DNA of 64,000 nucleotides. Origin: Leptogorgia sarmentosa. Its lineage: Eukaryota. The position numbers and the translations under genes are program-made. The stretch lies in the NCBI GenBank assembly GCA_964658305.1, contig OZ210885.1:6014001-6078000 (forward strand). The letters run 5' to 3'. Position 1 is the first letter of the stretch. The number at the start of each line of letters is the position of its first letter. Shown in pieces: positions 11,040 through 22,454 of this stretch. The notes beneath the pieces are model-generated. The model did not search any database and was not told the DNA's origin. It saw nothing but the letters and a program-made list of their open reading frames with translations.

Positions 11040-13030
11040 CTCGTGGTAAACAACGAGAGTACACCATTTGCGTGGCTTGTGCGTCGAGCACAAAACTAGG
11101 AAAGAATGCTCGGGAAGCACAATCGGGGTACCGCATACACCCGATCACGAAACCGTTCTCCTTCGTCTTCTTCACGCACATCTGCGCTTGGCGCGAGGGA
11201 CAGGAGAACACAGGTTGGGACTGGGTAATCTGGGCGGACACAGGATGGTCGGGAAGCTCAAGTGGATCTCCAAAGAACCGCGACAGCGCCTGGTCAAGCT
11301 GGTGTATTTGGCCACAGGTCTGAACGAATACTTCTCGATACTTCCGGATTTGTTCTTCCAGTACGACCTCTTTCTGTTTCTGGCCCAGACAGATTTTTTT
11401 CGGATCCGATTCCAGCTCGGCCCTCAGTCGAGGGGTACGATGAAATGGACTTATCCTTTGAGATCACAAAACCGTACCTAAGCCCATACGGGTACGAACT
11501 TGCCATCCGGCTGGACACCTACATAGTACCTCGATTTGCGTGCGTAGCGTCTGTACCAATGCCATGTTTCTCCATCAGGGCGATCAGATCTGCCTGGGTT
11601 AACAAGGATGGCGGTTTATTTTACACCGTCCACCATGTCGATTGCGGTGGGCATAAACGTGTCTCCGGTGCGATATGCGGGTACCGTTTTGTCACACCAT
11701 TTATCATAGGGGTAAACATCAAGGTAATTCTTGGCAATGATGGCCAATCCTTTTGCCGTGAATCTTTCTCCGGCGATATCAATCTCCACTACGGTCTCAA
11801 CGCCCTGGACATCCTTCGAGCAACAGGCCAAGAAGTGTCGAACGATGAACTCGTATAACCTCTTCTCATCTCCATTCAAGGTTCCAGTGTACTTGGTAGG
11901 GTAGATGGGAGGATGAGCGTTGTCGGTCTTCGTGCCTTGCCGGGGATTGGCTCCTTCGGCTACGAGATTGGCAGCAAACTGTCCCCAGTTTACATCGACA
12001 GTTTGCTGTTTAATAAGACTGGTGAGATCCAAGGAGGACGGAAAGGTATTGGTTTCCGTACGAGGATAGCTGATGAGTCCTTGGTTGTACAACTTCTCTG
12101 CGATTCTCATGGTCTCCTTAGCATTAATTCTCAGCTTTCTTGAGGCGAGTTTCTCCAACTCCACCGTGTCGAGAGGCAACGGGCGCCACATGCTCTTTGG
12201 TTTCGTGGTCTGGTTCACGACAGTTGCCAACGGATTCTCGAGACATTGTTCGTACAAGACTGCACAAGCGAGTTCACAAAACAAAGGAACTCTCTTCCAA
12301 GCGAATTCTGTTTCACCATCCGTCGTGCTGTGCTTCACCTTTATCTTAAAAAAGGTTTGGGCAACAAATGCCATAATTTGCTTATACCTTTCCACAACAA
12401 AGCCCAATGTGGGGAACTGGCAACTGACGTAACTGATCAACTGGTTGCTTAGAACCTCTGGAAAGAGCTTTTGAAATTGCAGGGTTTGATATCGCGTGAA
12501 AGCGGCACCTATTCGTAAATCGAGCTCCTGCCTGGAGATGGATATCGCCGAGGAAAGATCCACGGCAAAGGATGTATTCTCGTCCGGCCTCACCAAATTC
12601 CCGCACGCCCTGGTAATAGAAGCGGCCGTGATTTCCGAGAATCTCGCTCGATATATATCCACACGTGGTTTAACATTTCTACACACTTCAATTATTTCAA
12701 ACCCGATGTTTTCACCCTCTCGATCGCAATCCGTCCAGATAATCAATGCCTGGCAACGACGTACCTCTCTCTCGAGGGTCTTTTTGATACCGTCCGTTTT
12801 TGAGCTCACTTTCTTTTCAATGCCTGCAGTGAACAATGCCAGCGGTTGACAGCTGTGCCATTTCTGGTAGCCAAGCAAGAAACTCTAATTCCAACAAATG
12901 ACCGGAAACGGAGGTCATTGTCATGTCACATCTTCCGAACAACATGTACTCGTATTCGTATATCTTGTTGTAACGTGACATTCCCTCCCTGCGGGTGTTT
13001 CCACCGCGTGACATGATACGGGCGATTTGC
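11040..13030 (-). pseudogene. TOP3A: Intronless DNA topoisomerase III alpha copy, 5'- and 3'-truncated, frameshifted
   Basis: TSVSGHL, WTDCDREGENI, RQELDLRIGAAFTR, SCQFPTLGFVVER, ISYPRTET (active-site Tyr), AHPPI, PPSLLT.ADLIALMEKHGIGTDATHA, then C4 zinc-ribbon; no introns over about 2 kb; frameshifts near 12880 and 11616, small deletions near 11489 and 11538. Confidence 0.93.
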
Positions 13031-13569
13031 TCCCTGCAATACATGAGCTGTATCCTGCCCAACTACAACATACTGTAATTAATCTGTAAACTCCCTCTCA
13101 AATAACCCGCAATGCAATGGACGCTCCTATTATACGTCTCATTGTGAGTAACCTTGTAATTCTTGTAGACCTGCCCTCATTAATAAACACTGATTTTTGA
13201 AAATAATTTGTTTTAATAGTATACACCTAGACTTAAAATAGATACGCCCGAAGTACAAAACGCTTTTGCTATTAATCCAAACCCTAATCTGACCCTAACA
13301 ACAAAAATGTTGGAAAAATAGAGTAAATAAGCAAAAAAAGGGGGGAAATCGCCATCATATACTAAGTATAATCACGACATTCGTCAAATTCACATATGTA
13401 GCCAGGTAGCCAGTAGCCACAATAAAATCACACCTTCCCCATGTGGGGTATTCTATAATTGTACCGAATTTTGTATAAGTCAATTCTCAACGGTGACAAA
13501 ATGCGTATCAAGTCAAACAACAGTTTAAATTTGAAGACCATACAAACCTTTTGAAAAGGTACCATTCTA

Positions 13570-13790
13570 ACACCAAATAACTGTTTGCCTCTAGAAGGAT
13601 ATTGCGTAAATAAGAGATACAGCAGAGACAATATTCCTATACATATTTGATGTATAATAGCAGCAAGGGTTCAAGTGGTTCAAAATAAGAAAGCTTTATC
13701 TCCCTGATATTTGATTTGATGAACAAGCAGCATTGCTAAAGTCCAACAAATTGGAAACAAATCGCATAACACCATTTAGATAGTCGAGCT
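13570..13790 (-). pseudogene. Decayed fragment of the 7-TM paralogue family
   Basis: Alignable by eye to about 14940-15135 (agaaggatattgcgta..aacaagcagcattgc..catttagata) with indels. Confidence 0.75.
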
Positions 13791-14166
13791 CATCTTTTGT
13801 ATTGAAGTTGGAACACCTTATAATTATAAAGATATACAATTTGATAGATATAACTCCTATATAATTCGTTACGGTGTCGCGGTTTTTATTAAAACTTGAA
13901 TACAACCGATGTTAATAATAATTATTATTATTATTATTATTATTATTATACATATAGGCTAACCCGTATTTGACAAAATGTTACTACTGGATCGCTTGAA
14001 ATGTTATCTAAGTATCATTTATAAAAATCTCCACAGTATATTCTATATGCTTATCGCAATTTTTAAGGTTCAGATGTCGAACATTTCACGCTGTGACTCA
14101 TGGGTGTTCGTTGCGATCTAATATTTAACGAGTTTAATGCTTCATATTAAAGGTTTGGGTTAGGAT

Positions 14167-14470
14167 TAGAGTGACATAATCGCAAAGAACGCCCGTGCAT
14201 CAGTCAACCCACTGTTATGATCTACGAATTTCTTTGTTTGTGCTCATTTGCATTTGACACATGAAAAGTTCCACATCTAAACAAGACCAAATTGCCGTAT
14301 ATTGCATGGAAATATCTAGAATGACATGATCGCAAATAACGTCTGTGTGTCAGTCAACCCACTGTTTATGATGCGCGAATTTCTTTGCTTGTGCTCATTT
14401 GCATTTGAAACATGAAAAGTTGCACGTCTAAACAAGACCAAATTGCCGTATATTGCATGGAAATATCTAG
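14167..14470 (+). repeat. Tandem duplication of about 150 bp
   Basis: Two diverged copies of tagagtgacat..cagtcaacccactgt..aacaagaccaaattgccgtatattgcatggaaatatctagaa. Confidence 0.85.
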
Positions 14471-14561
14471 AAAACCTAAATTTGCAACTAAGTTTTTCAA
14501 GACTTGTCAACAGCCGCTAACAGGCAGTGCAAACACATTTTATTGACAAGTTGTAAAATTT

Positions 14562-15446
14562 TTAGGCATTTACCATCGCTGTTTTAGTACTTAAACGTTT
14601 TTCCACCATAAAACATTGTCTCAGAGAGATACGATGAATCAAATGTGACATAATGGCAACATTTCCCAATTCTACCCCACGAAACACGCTTGCATACAAC
14701 CACGAATACCAGCTTTCCATGTCGTTGTCCCATGATTTGAGATTTCCACCAAAGAAAATGCAGCTCCTAATCACCACACAGGCAATACTGATGCACGAAA
14801 TTCCAAGGACAACCACAGGTGGTCTAGTTGTAGCACTCATGGTGGCCAGGACATTGGATTGTTCTTGGTTTCCATTTTCCTTGATATCTATCCCACGTAG
14901 ATTTAGGTTGTCCATTTGTTTAGTGCTCCCAAAGCAATCCTTATAACGCCTTGAGAAGGATATTGCGTAGATAAGAGATACGACAGATATTATTATATTC
15001 ATGTACAACACCAAGCGTTCAAATGGTTCAACATAAGAAAGCTTTGCCCCCACGATATCTGATATGATAAACAAGCAGCATTGCAAGAGCAACAAATCGA
15101 AAACAAATCGCGTGCGATCATTTAGATAATCCAAACAAGGATACGAAATTGGAAGATACGCAGCTACTAAACATGGAAAGCCGAGCTTGAACAAAAACTT
15201 CTCAAACGCCAAATGCGACGCGGACAATTCGTCGCTCAGGTATCGATGCAAAAGCAGCATCAATGCTTGGTTTGAATTGAAAACAACGAGAGCGCCGTTA
15301 ATGGCGTAACAAAGCCGAGATTTGTTGATTGACAGTGAATTGCGAGCGTGAATCAAGAGATACAAGCACCTGACTATAAGAAGACAGAATGCCAATCCAA
15401 AAATTCCGTAATGTATCTCTTTAGCCAAGTTCAAATTTTCCATCAT
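14562..15446 (-). CDS. Intronless multi-pass (about 7-TM) membrane protein, PRRT3/PRRT4-like domain
   Basis: 294-aa ATG ORF with about 7 hydrophobic segments; E.HYG..G..F, FPCL and W......FR.VE motifs; paralogue at 18837-19724. Confidence 0.8.
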   Translation of the reverse strand: MMENLNLAKEIHYGIFGLAFCLLIVRCLYLLIHARNSLSINKSRLCYAINGALVVFNSNQALMLLLHRYLSDELSASHLAFEKFLFKLGFPCLVAAYLPISYPCLDYLNDRTRFVFDLLLLQCCLFIISDIVGAKLSYVEPFERLVLYMNIIISVVSLIYAISFSRRYKDCFGSTKQMDNLNLRGIDIKENGNQEQSNVLATMSATTRPPVVVLGISCISIACVVIRSCIFFGGNLKSWDNDMESWYSWLYASVFRGVELGNVAIMSHLIHRISLRQCFMVEKRLSTKTAMVNA

Positions 15447-17083
15447 TGTTCTGTATTTTAATGAAAGCTATGGTTTGTTTAGTGTAAAACATAAATTGTT
15501 CTGTTCCTATAATTACTATTTGCATGAGTGCATACTGTTATGGAAATTTTGTTATAATTAGCTGAGCTCTTGTTGAAGCGTCTTAGAAATAAGTCCAAAC
15601 TATGCAATAGTCATTTCTTTCACTGTATTTTACGTACAAAACTATATAACCTTAGGAAAAGAACTTCCAAACTGGGATGGGTTGTATCTAAAGGGCTGGT
15701 GAAACGAACGCAACAATTTGACTTCAGTCAAATTTTGACACAACAAAGGCACAACATTTGGCACGATTTCCAATGTTGCGAGCGTTTGACCACTTGAACA
15801 CAACATTGTTTGCTTGCTGTTTAGCACGAGCATGTCAGACCTTCAACATGGACGTATTATGTTGCGTTCAAAATTGTTACGTGGCCAATTTGAAAAAAAA
15901 CCCTATTTGCTACTAAGAAATGCTATTCATGTTGTGACTAAATAATTAATCTCAAATTTCATCAATTAACGTGTCACTTAATGCAAATTTGTTCCGACAA
16001 AGAAGATTAGTTTGCTTGTAGTACATTTATATAGTTCATAAATTTGTTTGATATTTTTACTTAACCATCGTTGAAGCTAAATGCGTTTGATACAACCAAT
16101 CCCCAATTAGCAATTCGAACTTATACAATTCTTTACACGGCAAGTTACAATGAAATTCGTGCATTGCAGAGGGCAATATATCAAGAGGCATTCCTTCACA
16201 CACAAAAGGGTCTGGCAAAAACCAGGTGTACATGACTTGCGAATTCGTGAATATGACAAATCTACAGGTGTGCACATTATAAGCTAGATTGAAATACGGT
16301 CACTTTGCCTTATGGATCACATACTGAACTTAATACTTAATGCAGGAATGCACGGAAATACACTGACATCGCACAGGGGTCAAGTCCGTTCTCAAGGTGC
16401 AACCTCATTCATAAATTATTCCTTTCAATTCCGATTATTCATAGTTGATAATGTTAAGTCCGGTTTCAATTGACGTGTTTACCCATCAAAATCATACGTT
16501 CTTCCGCCGTTTTGGGAATTGCATTTTTCTACCCTTGATAACAGCATCGACAATTTGCAAAGCATTGTCAAATTCCAATCGAAATTAAAATACCAACTCA
16601 ACTATATGATGAATTAGAATAAGCCAAATCTGTAAGAGTAAGAACGAAGCCAACTATTTAGGGCCATACAGCTGGCAGGCATGTCACACGTGTGTGATGA
16701 GAAACGGTAAATAAAATATAAAAGAAATTCATATTTTCTTCAAACGATAAAACATTGTGTCGTCTTATTTAGATAAGAAGTGAAATGGATGAACACAAAC
16801 TCTTTGATCGATAAAATTTGCACAAGTCAATTCTCAACACCAAGATAATGCGAATTCAAATTACAGCAGTTTTAATTTACGGAGTATCCGCACATTTCCA
16901 GTACCAATGCGATTTAGGAAATTGGTATCATTGTGAACCAAAAATTATTCTTGCTTGCTAAAGAAGTTTTATTTTTTATGTGATGCATATAGAAGTATCT
17001 CGAATTACTGTTTTGGTTTGTCGCTACCCTGTGGATAGAAGTTTTAATACTTTAATTTTATAAAGCCCGCCGCACACGAGAGC

Positions 17084-17541
17084 TGTTGGCTGAACTAACT
17101 GCCACGCAAGGTCGTAGCTTAGCTCAGGCTCAGAAAAAATCTATCGTGTTTGATAGTGTTTACACAGCCAAGAGGCATACTCTAGGGTCCAAGATCGCCG
17201 CGATTAATTGCGATTAGGCGATAATAGGGAAAAATGCCAAAATTCAAGGCGATCTTGAGCGTTTTTATGCGATCTTGGGCAATCTTAGGCAATCTTAGGC
17301 AATATTGGGTGATATTATATGCAAGGTTTATTTCGGATTATAAAAAAAGTTGATGCCTTCTCTCAATTCAGACCCGCTATTAAGTCCAGAATGCTTATTT
17401 CTTTGTATGTAATATGTCGATTATAGGCAATCTTGAGCAATTTTAGGCGTTCTCAGGCGATCTTAGGCGATTTTAGCCGATCTTGCTCCCTGGAGTAGGC
17501 CTAGCCAAGCTACGACCTGGCGTGGCGGTTAGGTCAGCCAA
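17084..17541. mobile_element. Palindromic MITE with a second MITE (17173-17502) nested in it
   Basis: Outer arms 17084-17122 and 17503-17541 are inverted repeats; inner TIR aggcatactctagggtccaagatcg / cgatcttgctccctggagtaggcct flanked by AGCCAAG, with 10-bp aggcgatctt subterminal repeats; related ends at about 7730-7830 and 24060. Confidence 0.75.
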
Positions 17542-17639
17542 GGTTCATTATGCATGGATCGTGATTTGGAGAAGGTAATTTACATACTTAAACATGGATA
17601 AAGGGCTTCAATTTTCATTTCCGATGACAAGTTTAGATT

Positions 17640-17813
17640 GTCAAGTTGTAGCTAGCACTCATCCTGACTTTGGCATTGGCTTGTGTGGGGTTTCCATCTT
17701 CCATGATGTCTATCGGAGGGCCTGTAAGGTTATCCAATTTTTTAGTGCTTCCAAAACTATTCGTACAACGCATTGAGAAGGATATTGCCCTTATTGCGTA
17801 GATAAGAGATACA
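17640..17813 (-). pseudogene. Fragment of the 7-TM paralogue family
   Basis: Closely matches about 19105-19262 with substitutions and a small duplication. Confidence 0.8.
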
Positions 17814-18347
17814 ACATGATAAGATCTGATTGATTTGATAACTTTGTTGCACTTAAAATTTTTACATAAATTTATCTATATATAAACCAGACTATATATA
17901 AATAAGTAGGTAATTATTAAAAGCAGCTGGTGGCCAACTCGCTATATGCATGGTATCGTGATATTGAGACGGGTAATTTACATACTTAAACATGGATAAA
18001 GGGCTTCAATTGTCATTGCCGACTTAGTTTTATCTGACGAAATGTTACTCCTAAATCAGTTGGAATGTTGCTACTGCTTACAATCCGTATGTTCTACATT
18101 TATCGTTACTTCTAATTGCAGTCCACTGCATGTAATGCACCGGTCAAACGATCGAGCATACAGTAAGATTGCACAAGATTTGATAAGGGCTGATATTTGA
18201 AGATTCTGTATTAACAAACTAAATGCTCACCAGTGCTCCAACTATGTTTCAAATTAAACAAAATACATGATAGTGTTAGGAAAGCATTACGAAACTCATG
18301 CACTCTCATCCAAGTAACCAAGTTTGATCTTGGTTTTAGTTATCTAA

Positions 18348-18752
18348 GGCCCCGTTTACACTATAACGCTACGCCTAGCACTCCCTTGAAAAATCACTGC
18401 TTTCTTACCATTGTGTTTACAATATAACGGAGTCGTTTACCGTAGCGTAGCACTACGCTTGGCACTCCGGATGCAAATCACTACGCTACGGTAAAATTGT
18501 CGTAGCGTTATAGTGTAAACACTCAATCCGTTTGAAATATACGCGGGAGAATATGAATATGGCGCCACAGTTTTGTTGCTCACGTCAACATCAGTAGCAA
18601 TTTAAGTGAGTATATGCGGATTAGCATGCCTGGACGTTGTTCACGTTCCGACTTCTGCTCATGGAACGGTATAGTGTAAACATTGGTTAATTTTAACTAC
18701 GGTATGACACGTACTCCGGTGAGGCGTAGCGTTATATAGTGCAAACGGGGCC
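18348..18752. mobile_element. PIF/Harbinger-type MITE
   Basis: TIR ggccccgtttacactataacgctacgcct / aggcgtagcgttatatagtgcaaacggggcc; TAA on both flanks. Confidence 0.85.
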
Positions 18753-18836
18753 TAAAATTGCGATCAAGCTTGTTCCGAATCAAAATTGCACAAGCTATAA
18801 CAAACATGTGAACAACTGAAAAAAGGTGTAAAATGT

Positions 18837-19724
18837 TCAGGCATTTAGCAGTAATGTTTTATTACTTGAACGTTTTTCGCACAAAAGTCCATTTTTCAGT
18901 GTGATATGATGAACCAGATGTGACATAATGGCAACATTTCCCAATTCCACCGCACGAAACACGTTTGCATACATCCACGAATGCCAGCTTTCCATGTACA
19001 TATCGTTGTTCCACGATTTGAGGTTTCCACCAAAGAAATTGCAGCTCCTAATCACCACACAGGCAACACTGATGCACGAAATTCCGAGTACAAGCTTAGG
19101 TTGTCTAGTTGTACCACTCATCCTGACCTTGGCATTAGTTTGTGTGGGGTTTCCATCTTCCATAATGTTTATCGGAGGGACTGTAAGGTTATTCAATTTT
19201 TTAGTGCTTCCAAAACTATCCTTATAACGCATTGAGAAGGATATTGCGTAGATAAGAGATACGACAGATATTATTATATTCATGTACAACACCAAGCGTT
19301 CAAATGGTTCGGCATAAGAAAGCTTTGCCCCCACGATATCTGATATGATAAACAAGCAGCATTGCAAGAGCAACAAATCGAAAACAAATCGCGTGCGATC
19401 ATTTAGATAATCCAAACAAGGATACGAAATAGGAAGATATGCAGCAATTAAACATGGAAAGCCGAGCTTGAACAAAAACTTCTCAACCGCCAAAAGCAAT
19501 ACGGCCGATTCGTCGCTCAGGTATCGATGCAAAAGCAGCATAAATGCTTGGTTTAAATTAAAAATGACAAGAGCACCGTTTACCGCGTAACAAAGGCGAG
19601 ATTTGTTGATCGACAATGAATTGCGAGCGTGAATCAAGACACACAAGCACCAGGTTGTAAGAAGACAGAATCCCATTCCAAAAATTGTGTAATGTACTTC
19701 ATATGCCAACTTCAGATCTTCCAT
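18837..19724 (-). CDS. Intronless multi-pass (about 7-TM) membrane protein, PRRT3/PRRT4-like domain, paralogue 2
   Basis: 295-aa ATG ORF colinear with 14562-15446. Confidence 0.8.
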   Translation of the reverse strand: MEDLKLAYEVHYTIFGMGFCLLTTWCLCVLIHARNSLSINKSRLCYAVNGALVIFNLNQAFMLLLHRYLSDESAVLLLAVEKFLFKLGFPCLIAAYLPISYPCLDYLNDRTRFVFDLLLLQCCLFIISDIVGAKLSYAEPFERLVLYMNIIISVVSLIYAISFSMRYKDSFGSTKKLNNLTVPPINIMEDGNPTQTNAKVRMSGTTRQPKLVLGISCISVACVVIRSCNFFGGNLKSWNNDMYMESWHSWMYANVFRAVELGNVAIMSHLVHHITLKNGLLCEKRSSNKTLLLNA

Positions 19725-20630
19725 TGCTCTTCTGTATTGTACTTAAAGTTCCACTACGTTTAACCGGCGAGTGCTGCGATAAGATGAATCTGATTTTTAT
19801 TTTATGATATTACGATTGGTCTACTGCAGCAAGACGGTTCACATGACATTCTTTAAGGCTCTGTGCTGAATCTGTTATCAAAGAACATCACACGAAACTC
19901 TGTTGAATGCTATTATCCGAGTAATTGCCTTTGAATTAGGACACGTCTGATTGAACATCAATTAACATTGAAAATTTGCAATTCTTTCAATTATGTTTCA
20001 TTCACACTGAATTCTGTTTCAAAATCTACATTCATACCTTGTATTTTTAGTTGCATTATTGATTGTATTATAATAAGCGAGAAAAGTGCCGACGGTATTA
20101 TGCAAACTAAAACTCCCCACCCGAAATGTTTTAAAAACACTAATTTGTTCAGATTTCATCGTCCAAGAGAGCTCTTTCAGCGTCTTTCAAATGTCAAGTA
20201 TAACCGCTAATTTTATTCAATCAAATCGTCCAACTGAGTTCTTTCAGGTTCTTTGAAATGTGCCATAATTATGCAATAGCCATGGTTTCACCAACACAGA
20301 AAAAAAGACCAACTTGTTCAACAAAAAATCAACACGTTTTTTCAACATTTATAAGCTGAAGACAAGGGTTCTAATACAGTAATTTGCATTCTCCTTCAGA
20401 CGGAAATTTATTAATTCTAAACAAAGTCAGAAGGAGATTGATTCAAAGTACCCCTTTCTTTTCCATTATGCATGTATTTTCACCAGTTATCATTTCTCCT
20501 GTAATCCATACATGTTCTGTCAAACAGTTCATTATTAATATTTTATATTTGTGATGCACCAATCTGATTTGCAGTATTTAAACCTTATTAATTGTAGTGA
20601 TTTACTAATGTTTTCCATATTTATTTTTAG

Positions 20631-20813
20631 TTACTAAATGAGCATGAGCGATTGGTTTCAGACAATGATGTTGCCTAATCTGTGCGGAAGAACTTGTCAG
20701 AACTGGCACCAAAAATTCTGAAACTGGCAGATGAGAAAAAAATTCCGCTGTTGGAGAATCTCATTCAAGCGTTGCATGTGGAGGACAAGGCTGAGGAGAA
20801 GGATTGACAGATG
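20631..20813 (+). pseudogene. Isolated decayed exon resembling SAMD3-like transposon-associated protein
   Basis: ttttag acceptor, LLNEHERLV..*..NLSELAPKILKLA, gtaag donor; in-frame stop. Confidence 0.35.
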
Positions 20814-22129
20814 GTAAGAACAAATAATTACAAAATATACTGTGGTTCTAGAGAAGTTACCTGAGATGCATGCTATTTTATTACTATGCATACCTGAGAT
20901 GCATATTAGAAGACTATTTACTGAAAAATTGAAATTGTTGCCCCCGCAGGGTTTTGGCCCCCAGAGGCCCAAAACCCGAGGAGGCATAATAGAAGCCCCC
21001 GCACGTATAATGTATGTATACGTTATTATATTTTACGGTGTATACTAAGAAAAATCTCAGTTTGCTCAGTCCAAGACCGCAAAGTCTCTCCAGGTAATGC
21101 AAATTTATGTTAAATACATACGTAATTTTAACAGAATTTGAAAGGTATGCAAATTGCAAAACAATGATACACGTGTAATGGCCGCGAATCCAATATGAAA
21201 TTTTTGTTTGCAAAGATTTTCAGCTGGCGTGCAGCGATAGAGGCGCTGTGCGTGGCGCATCTAAACGAAGCGCCGTCGGAATTAACGTCCTACATCAACA
21301 CGTTTGGTGTACGACGTAGGCTAGGTAGAGATTTTCTTTTTGTGCAACATCTGTTATTACTTGCAAAAAAACTGAAGACATTTTTTTACACATCTTTTTT
21401 TTTTGGGGGGGGGGGTTAGACTGTTATGGGGTTAGGGTTAGGTTTACTATTTGGGTTTAGTTTATTTTGTAAAAATAAGTGGCCTTCAAGTACTTTATAC
21501 TATATACTACGGGTAAAAGCATCAAACGGGGATGTAGTGTTAACTATTACTAGTCAAGTAATAATTGTTTAAATGTTCACAATTACAATTTTGATGATAG
21601 AAAGGAATCCTTTGTAACTTCTGTGAATTGGCAAAAATTCTCACATATTATTTTCATTACGTGCTTCAGATTACATTTCAACCCCAGGGGACCCCCTGAA
21701 AGAAGAAAAACGACAATCCCGCCCGAGATGCCGCCATTCGGTGGTTGCCGTGGTAACGCTCTCCCGCTCTCTTTACTATGTGCTTCGGACAGTACAGGTA
21801 AGTTTTGTATCTGTGTTTTACTTTATACTCTTGGGCGCTTTTTATAGCTATTTCTACAGGTTTTTAGCTTAAACGGTTGCTTTCATACAAAGCCAGACTA
21901 TGTCCAGTCATCGCCATCGCAAGCGTTTCACGAGAGAAATCACACGTCAAGCAAGTCGTCCAACCGACCGAAAAATATGGCCTCTACCGATGAAGGCAGC
22001 GATGAAATCCTCCAAATTTTAAATTCTGTGAAGGATTTAAGCACAGGAGGTATCAGCGTGCAACTCTAAGATCACAGCCCTGGAAGACAATATAAGCGAA
22101 ACAGCCTCCCAACGCTCTCAACGTCGCAT

Positions 22130-22452
22130 CACTTTATGCGCTAAAGACATAGCTTATTTAGACGCGACAGGAACAATTTTAAAAGATTTTATTGGGAAAA
22201 GGGTATTGTATTATGCAATTGTTGTACGACATCCCAAAGAAAGTAATCCACCCATGCCGGTAGCTGAAATGGTGACAAATGACCACAGTGCACCAAGTAT
22301 TCGCGCATTTATAGAGCGATTTAGAAGAGAATCAAGAGATGAATGTACAATATTTAAAGGAAAACTACAAACTACTCCCCGTCAAATGAATACAGATTAT
22401 TCCAACGCAATAATAGTAGCTGCGTTGAGGGAATTTAACGGCGAATCTCTCG
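22130..22452 (+). mobile_element. NOF/Foldback (MULE-related) transposase fragment
   Basis: AYLDATGTI..VLYYAIVVRHP..PPMPVAEM.T.DH..I..F..PRQMNTDYS.AII.A.L.EFN. Confidence 0.7.
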
Positions 22453-22454
22453 AT

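Noticed and set aside
9319..11477. Diversity-generating retroelement template/variable repeat pair
   Set aside because: Differences between the cassettes are not adenine-specific and there is no DGR-type RT nearby
11616..12878. Functional or bacterial topoisomerase gene (HGT)
   Set aside because: Motifs are eukaryotic TOP3A type; frameshifts, truncations and an inversion disable it
21413..21460. Interstitial telomere (also ccctaa-like at 13281-13298)
   Set aside because: Only 2-3 degenerate TTAGGG units; more likely TE subterminal motifs
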